Below, in pieces: positions 59,701-64,000 of a stretch of 64,000 nt of DNA. The position numbers and the translations under genes were made by a program. The notes beneath the pieces were generated by a model that was given only the letters and a program-made list of their open reading frames with translations, did no database searches and had not been told where the DNA came from. How positions within the stretch are numbered: the stretch's first letter is position 1; each line of letters begins with the position of its first letter. The stretch lies in NCBI GenBank assembly GCA_964106915.2, contig OZ066920.1. One strand, given 5' to 3'. This DNA comes from Podarcis gaigeae (taxonomy: Eukaryota).

Positions 59701-62700
59701 CATTGTTTGTAAAATGTTTTACTCTCTCTTAGCAAATTGGTTGATGGCATCTTTTAAAGTAGGAACACATGAGAATTCGTAATGCTATACCGTCAAATAT
59801 TGTGCATTTTCCCCCAACACCCAAAGATATGGCTGAAAAGAACAAAAAATGTACTGTATGATAGCAGTTTGAGACAAAAGATGTTGTGATTTTGTCTGTA
59901 TGATTTTCATCACAAAATGAAAACCATGTTTTGCTGGCACTGCATCATTGATGCATTTCATTAATTAAAGAATAGCTACAGCCAAGGAACAAGCAAACAT
60001 ACACATGCAAAGGGCAGGGGAGAGAGAAACAGATAGATTCAAAGCGTTACCACTACCAACACAAGCATGCACAAACTGTCTCAGGGAAGCTGGAATGGGC
60101 CATTATTGGAAATGCTTTTATTTCATTCGTTTCTCACGGTTCTGATGTACAGAAATCACCTTGGTACTTTATTAAGATATTATCTGTAAAACATTAAGCC
60201 ACCTGCTTTTTATCAGTGAATATGGGAGGTTACTAACAGATAGTGGGGAGAGTGCCTGTCTCCTTTCTGTTTGAGGCACTAACTTGGTTTATGGTAATAA
60301 GTAATGCATAATACAGCTGTTATTGCTGTACTAAAATATATTAATGCCTGGATCCAGAGATGTCTTTTGCAATCAGGATAACCTGCTCATGTAAGTCAGA
60401 TTCAAGATGCAAGACGATTTCTTCCCCTATCTGCAGCCTTTGTGGCATCACCCACACCATTCCTGTGGGTTCCCTGATCTTCATAATTGACTTTTGGGGA
60501 CTGGTAGTGGCTGTACTGAAGCAGATCAGGCAGGAAAACACCATTCAATGAATAGAATGGGCTGCTTTGCTGATCATGATTCTTTGAATCCAAACCAATA
60601 GCTAAAGTTTGAGATTCACGGAGTTCATGTGAGGGCAGAATAAAAAGCTGATAATAAATAAATAAAATTCATAAATTTTGCCAAATATTGCTCTAGTGAA
60701 AACAAATATGGAGAAATATAATTTTGAATATCAATATTCATTGCATCTGGTGCAGTTCAGTTGCTACAGAAATCCCAAGCATTTCTTCAATTGATTCTGA
60801 GATTTTGTTACTGTAGATAGTTTTGAGGACTAGTTGCAACTAGTAATGAAAATGTTTAAAAGAAATGTTACTTTTATCTTTCAACAGTTAAATTTAAACA
60901 TTAAGGTACAGTAACTTCTTCCTGCTCTATATTTCAGCACTAAAGCCTACAAGCAAGCTCATTGGATTTGAACTGTTATAGTGAATCCAAAATGTTTTTA
61001 GTGCTTCTTGCACATAAGTGACATACTGTATACATTATGCACAGCATCACAAATACTACTAAAGGAACTCCCAAGACAGGCTAATGGATTACTCATACCA
61101 GAATGATGATGCACATGGACAGGAAGTGTGAAGGGTAAGCATCCTCAGCTGTAATATTTTAAGGTTTTACCAGCTTTCTGAGAAAGATTACAATGCCGGA
61201 GGAAATCCTGCTCTCTCTTTTTTTTTTTACAATTCAGCAATTTAAACAGGATCAGCATTTGACCCACTACCTATAAATGCATGCAACCCATGGAATCCTC
61301 TCAACACAGCTTAGGCAGAAATGCCAAGATTATGCCAAGATGTGTCTGCATTTTCTCTCTGGGATCACCGTTAAAATGAGTTATATTTCCTTGTATGATT
61401 TAGTTTTTTAAATCTTATACATACCAAATGCTTGACTCTCATTAAGTCCTCACAAAGTTCATATAAAGAGGGAAAATGCAGAAAAGGGATACCCTATGCC
61501 ATAATAGTATGGGATGAGATCACATTCTACATGGTATGGAACATCAAATACCTTTGCAGCTCTGATTAAATACTGAAGAATAGTTTTGGGCAGTTTAATA
61601 ATAGACTTTGGCAAGGCTAAAATGGCAGAAGCAAATTTCGCAATAGCTCTCTATAAAGAAGGACAAAGCAAGACAAATTAGTGAAAACATAACTGTTATT
61701 GTTATAAGAAATATATTGCATGACACTATTAGAAACATTAATTTACCATGGGTTCATGAATGTGAACTGTTAATAATCAACTTAATAGTGGACTAGTGAT
61801 AAAATATTAGTATAACAGTTATTAACTACACATGTTAAAATACTAATTAGTTATGTTTATTAGAAGACACATTCTAAGTGAAAGTTAATTTTTAGTACAT
61901 GACAGTAGTAATTACAGATTCCCATCCCTACCCCTACTGCTGTTCTTATGAAAACATAATATTTATGCCACCAAAAACATTTTTATAATAATTTTGCTGC
62001 TTGGATTATCAATTGATGTATTTCACCACAAACGTATATGCTACAAAACACTGACGCAAGGACTAAAATCAACGATTCCCAAACAGAAGACACCAGGAAA
62101 GATCAACATAAACAGAAAATCTTGACACAATTTTTAGATTCCAAATACAGAACTTATTTGCAACACATTTGCAACAACCAGATTGACATCTATGGTAGAA
62201 CAAAGAAGACATTGACCTTGTTCACAAATGACACTGGGCCAAACTAGGTCTCAGTGCAAACCTCTCTGTCTTTTTAGTTTGGTGTAGCATGACAGCTAAG
62301 TTAAAAGGTTTTTTGGGCTACAGACCCAAAGGAGAGAGCTTGTATACAATCCTGAGTTTGATGACACAGTAAGTCAAACATTTCTGTGCCGAGCTAAAAG
62401 GACTGGGGAGGAGCAATGTGGGTGCAAGCTCCTCTCTGGGAGCCAGCATGTTCACATACGCCTGGTAAGCTACAGTTTGGCTCATTGTAAGGCAGAGGGA
62501 TTCAGACAGCTCAATATACTATGTGAGTTTAGATGAAAAATCTGATATATAACTCATGACTATTATTGCTGACGGGTAGTTGCATCATTGTGAAAGAACT
62601 TAATAATTGTGACATTGTTTTTCTACGTGTACATGTAGCACTCCGAAGAAAGGAAACCCACAATAATATAACATTAAATCAGATTCACTTCTATTGTCTT

Positions 62701-63312
62701 AATCCAGAGGAACTAAAGGAACACCAAGATGCTTCACTCTGAATCAGGATATGCATGCATGAATCAAGTTGCCGGATGCAGCTAAATACTTACCTTTCTC
62801 TACCTACGATATAAATTTCTTTTGATTACCTCATGACCCCCATTTGACTATAACACTGGAAAAAAAATTACTTGTTGGGACAACATCACTATATATAAAA
62901 CACAGTTTTTATTACAAGAAATAGATTGTTGACTTCCAAAACAGACAAGCTTCTAAGCAATATCAAGCAATGCCTGTGGAAAGATGTTTTATTCACTTGT
63001 CTCCAATGCAACATCAGAAAAATAGAGTTCAGGATATGAAGCTTTATTTTTTAAAAAAAAAAACATGCTACAGGTGCAAGTGAATGAAAATCCATCTCCA
63101 GTATCATTCTTACATTGCAGAAATGTGACAACAGTATAAGCAAGCAAGTTCAAATTAGCATGTTATCATACCTTTGTAGGAATGCACAGCATACGCAAAA
63201 CACAGTACCTGGAATGCAGATCTTTTTGGAGCTTCTTCCTCTTCTTCTTTTTCTTCATCTTCCTCTTCTTCACTGTCCGTCTCAAACAAATAATAATCTC
63301 CACTTCTGACCA
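38480..63312 (-). CDS. PIEZO2: PIEZO2 mechanosensitive ion channel, 3' portion (23 exons in window, about 1284 codons; 5' part lies beyond the window)
   Basis: Exons join in phase. Diagnostic segments: [91 protein letters not shown] and the C-terminus [16 protein letters not shown], which is PIEZO2-type rather than PIEZO1. Confidence 0.97.
39176..40060. mobile_element. hAT-like non-autonomous element with GC-rich interior, in the last PIEZO2 intron
   Basis: Starts TAGGGCTGGGCAATAT (hAT-like terminus); GC-rich block in an AT-rich intron; right end degenerate. Confidence 0.45.
40283..40451 (-). CDS. PIEZO2: PIEZO2 penultimate exon ([24 protein letters not shown]...[15 protein letters not shown])
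   Basis: ttgtag acceptor, gtaagc donor, 169 nt. Confidence 0.94.
40652..40731 (-). CDS. PIEZO2: PIEZO2 exon, cap domain ([26 protein letters not shown])
   Basis: ttgcag acceptor, G|gtatgg donor, 80 nt. Confidence 0.92.
40878..41052. mobile_element. hAT-type MITE
   Basis: TIR CAGAGCTTTCCAAACT / AGTTTGGAAAGCTCTG; degenerate 8-bp TSD ttctaata/ttttaatg. Confidence 0.8.
41575..41694 (-). CDS. PIEZO2: PIEZO2 exon, cap domain ([40 protein letters not shown])
   Basis: ttaaag acceptor, gtaagt donor, 120 nt. Confidence 0.9.
42213..42547 (-). mobile_element. L2 LINE 3' fragment
   Basis: Reverse complement of about 33370-33690. Confidence 0.85.
42918..43090 (-). CDS. PIEZO2: PIEZO2 exon, cap domain ([58 protein letters not shown])
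   Basis: ttttag acceptor, AG|gtatgg donor, 173 nt. Confidence 0.94.
43665..43757 (-). CDS. PIEZO2: PIEZO2 exon, cap domain ([31 protein letters not shown])
   Basis: ctccag acceptor, gtaagt donor, 93 nt. Confidence 0.94.
44208..44396 (-). CDS. PIEZO2: PIEZO2 exon, outer helix ([63 protein letters not shown])
   Basis: ttacag acceptor, CAG|gtacga donor, 189 nt. Confidence 0.96.
45851..46570 (-). mobile_element. Old CR1 3' fragment interrupted by the L1-like insertion
   Basis: TAAGAACATAAGA...TGGATC / CCCATCTAGTCCAACAT end; ...GAGATGTGGTGAATAGAACTGTGCAGAG... ORF2 remnant. Confidence 0.55.
45877..46307 (+). mobile_element. 5'-truncated L1-like retrotransposon inserted in a CR1 tail
   Basis: 14-bp TSD ATCCCTATTGGATC at 45863-45876 and 46308-46321; remnant KILEYIEF...YIDYMERYC; A-rich 3' UTR. 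Confidence 0.7.
46632..46779 (-). CDS. PIEZO2: PIEZO2 exon, anchor region ([49 protein letters not shown])
   Basis: gtctag acceptor, gtaagt donor, 148 nt; contains the conserved PFxxE...W Piezo motif. Confidence 0.96.
47190..47348 (-). CDS. PIEZO2: PIEZO2 exon ([53 protein letters not shown])
   Basis: ttgcag acceptor, gtgagt donor, 159 nt. Confidence 0.95.
47489..47703 (-). CDS. PIEZO2: PIEZO2 exon ([18 protein letters not shown]...[14 protein letters not shown])
   Basis: ttgcag acceptor, AG|gtacgt donor, 215 nt. Confidence 0.95.
47808..47955 (-). CDS. PIEZO2: PIEZO2 exon ([49 protein letters not shown])
   Basis: tttcag acceptor, GGG|gtatgt donor, 148 nt. Confidence 0.94.
48718..48850 (-). 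CDS. PIEZO2: PIEZO2 exon ([44 protein letters not shown])
   Basis: tctcag acceptor, gtgagc donor, 133 nt. Confidence 0.92.
49645..49894 (-). CDS. PIEZO2: PIEZO2 exon (CHGLWDEDD...[10 protein letters not shown])
   Basis: ttttag acceptor, G|gtatgc donor, 250 nt. Confidence 0.93.
50568..50750 (-). CDS. PIEZO2: PIEZO2 exon ([17 protein letters not shown]...[13 protein letters not shown])
   Basis: cacag acceptor, AAG|gtagtt donor, 183 nt. Confidence 0.95.
50864..51122 (-). CDS. PIEZO2: PIEZO2 exon ([14 protein letters not shown]...[16 protein letters not shown])
   Basis: cacag acceptor, GAG|gtatgt donor, 259 nt. Confidence 0.95.
51643..51766. mobile_element. Penelope-like element remnant
   Basis: GTAGCCATGTTGGTCTG...GTAGCACCTTAGAGACCAA...TAAGCTTTCGTG...CACTTCTTCAGATA, a motif typical of reptile Penelope remnants; older copies near 27580-27700, 36100-36210 and 50270-50330. 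Confidence 0.65.
52355..52771 (-). CDS. PIEZO2: PIEZO2 exon ([21 protein letters not shown]...[17 protein letters not shown])
   Basis: gacag acceptor, gtaaga donor, 417 nt; ORF 52351..52752. Confidence 0.94.
53386..53556 (-). CDS. PIEZO2: PIEZO2 171-nt cassette-type exon ([56 protein letters not shown])
   Basis: gctag acceptor, AG|gtgctt donor, phase 2-2; within ORF 53214..53618. Confidence 0.88.
55185..55339 (-). CDS. PIEZO2: PIEZO2 exon ([51 protein letters not shown])
   Basis: ttttag acceptor, AG|gtattt donor, 155 nt. Confidence 0.92.
55650..56268 (+). mobile_element. Solo LTR (Gypsy-like) in a PIEZO2 intron, antisense to the gene
   Basis: TGTCAAGGA...TCCTGACA termini; AATAAA at about 56198; 5-bp flanks AATAT/AGTAT. 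Confidence 0.75.
56361..56527 (-). CDS. PIEZO2: PIEZO2 exon ([56 protein letters not shown])
   Basis: cccag acceptor, AAG|gtaata donor, 167 nt. Confidence 0.94.
57017..57073 (-). CDS. PIEZO2: PIEZO2 exon ([19 protein letters not shown])
   Basis: tatag acceptor, G|gtaagc donor, 57 nt, phase 1-1. Confidence 0.88.
57535..58602. mobile_element. Possible degraded LTR/ERV-derived sequence
   Basis: TGTAAC start and ...GCAACA end; compositionally distinct; no TSD found. Confidence 0.25.
59250..59361 (-). CDS. PIEZO2: PIEZO2 exon ([37 protein letters not shown])
   Basis: ctccag acceptor, G|gtatgt donor, 112 nt. Confidence 0.93.
61552..61650 (-). CDS. PIEZO2: PIEZO2 99-nt cassette-type exon ([33 protein letters not shown])
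   Basis: tttatag acceptor, AAG|gtattt donor, phase 0-0, open frame; resembles an alternative segment I recall from mammalian Piezo2; missed by the ORF track. Confidence 0.85.
63209..63312 (-). CDS. PIEZO2: PIEZO2 exon ([34 protein letters not shown])
   Basis: cttag acceptor, CAG|gtactg donor, 104 nt. Confidence 0.93.
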
Positions 63313-64000
63313 CTAAGCAAAATAAAATATTTGGTTTTTTTTTTTATTTCTTGCAGGAGGCCGGGAGATCCCTCATTAGCTCTATCCCGAGCCACCACAA
63401 AAATACATGGAAGCATTCTGTGATTGTGGGACTCAATGAAGGACAGGTAGAAGTGGAGAGAAAGAAAGAGATAAAGAGAATTTGTGGCAGGAAAATCATT
63501 TGGTGTTTGCAGGCATGAAAAAAGAATAAGTGTACGTTTTCACAGGGAAAATATAAAAAAAATAGTAAGAAGAAACCGGACAGATACAATGCAAAAAGAG
63601 TTGGCAAGGTATTACTAAAAATGTGCAGTATTATTCTTAAAAAGAAAAAAATAGTTTCCATTTTGCCAGTTTGAGAAATCCTAATTCTATTGGGTATCCA
63701 GGGAGTAAGCTAAATTTAAAATTGTATCACTGGAGGAAAATCAAAATCAAAATATAATGCTGTTAGAAGTGTTCAGGCATCCCATAGCATTTGCTTTTCT
63801 TTTACTATATTCTTCAAGTTTAAACAGAGAAAATAGAAACAGCACGGATGAATGATCATAACTACACATTGATTTTTCCCTGTGGATTTAAAACAGTTCA
63901 GAGGCCTCCATATGTTCAAGATGTGATGTGAATGAACTGGGCCTTATATCCTTGAACAGAAGCACAGTTTTTAAAAACTTCAAATAAGCTAACAGGCCTA

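Overview
Eukaryotic genomic DNA from a squamate reptile. The Sauria SINEs and the repeat spectrum suggest a lacertid-like lizard (inference). Two convergent, intron-rich genes were reconstructed by hand from splice sites and reading phase. (1) A complete NAPG (gamma-SNAP) gene on the + strand: 12 coding exons, 9832-19657, 314 aa, with a CpG-island promoter, a U12-type minor intron and an 18-nt microexon. (2) The 3' part of PIEZO2 on the - strand: 23 coding exons, 63312 down to the stop at 38480, about 1284 codons, covering the anchor, outer helix, cap, inner helix and CTD, and including two frame-preserving cassette-type exons. The remainder is intronic or intergenic DNA containing Sauria SINEs, tRNA/CR1 SINEs, L2, CR1, L1 and Penelope fragments, solo LTRs, and Tc1/mariner-, hAT- and Harbinger-like MITEs. 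The most unusual structure is a composite Sauria SINE at about 29.3-30.3 kb. It carries a 135-bp near-identical copy of the unique flank of another SINE 24 kb away and was later interrupted by a MITE. Most ORF-track entries are spurious, antisense or repeat-derived. No prokaryote-type system (CRISPR etc.) is present. Comparisons with mammalian proteins and repeat families are from memory, not from a search.
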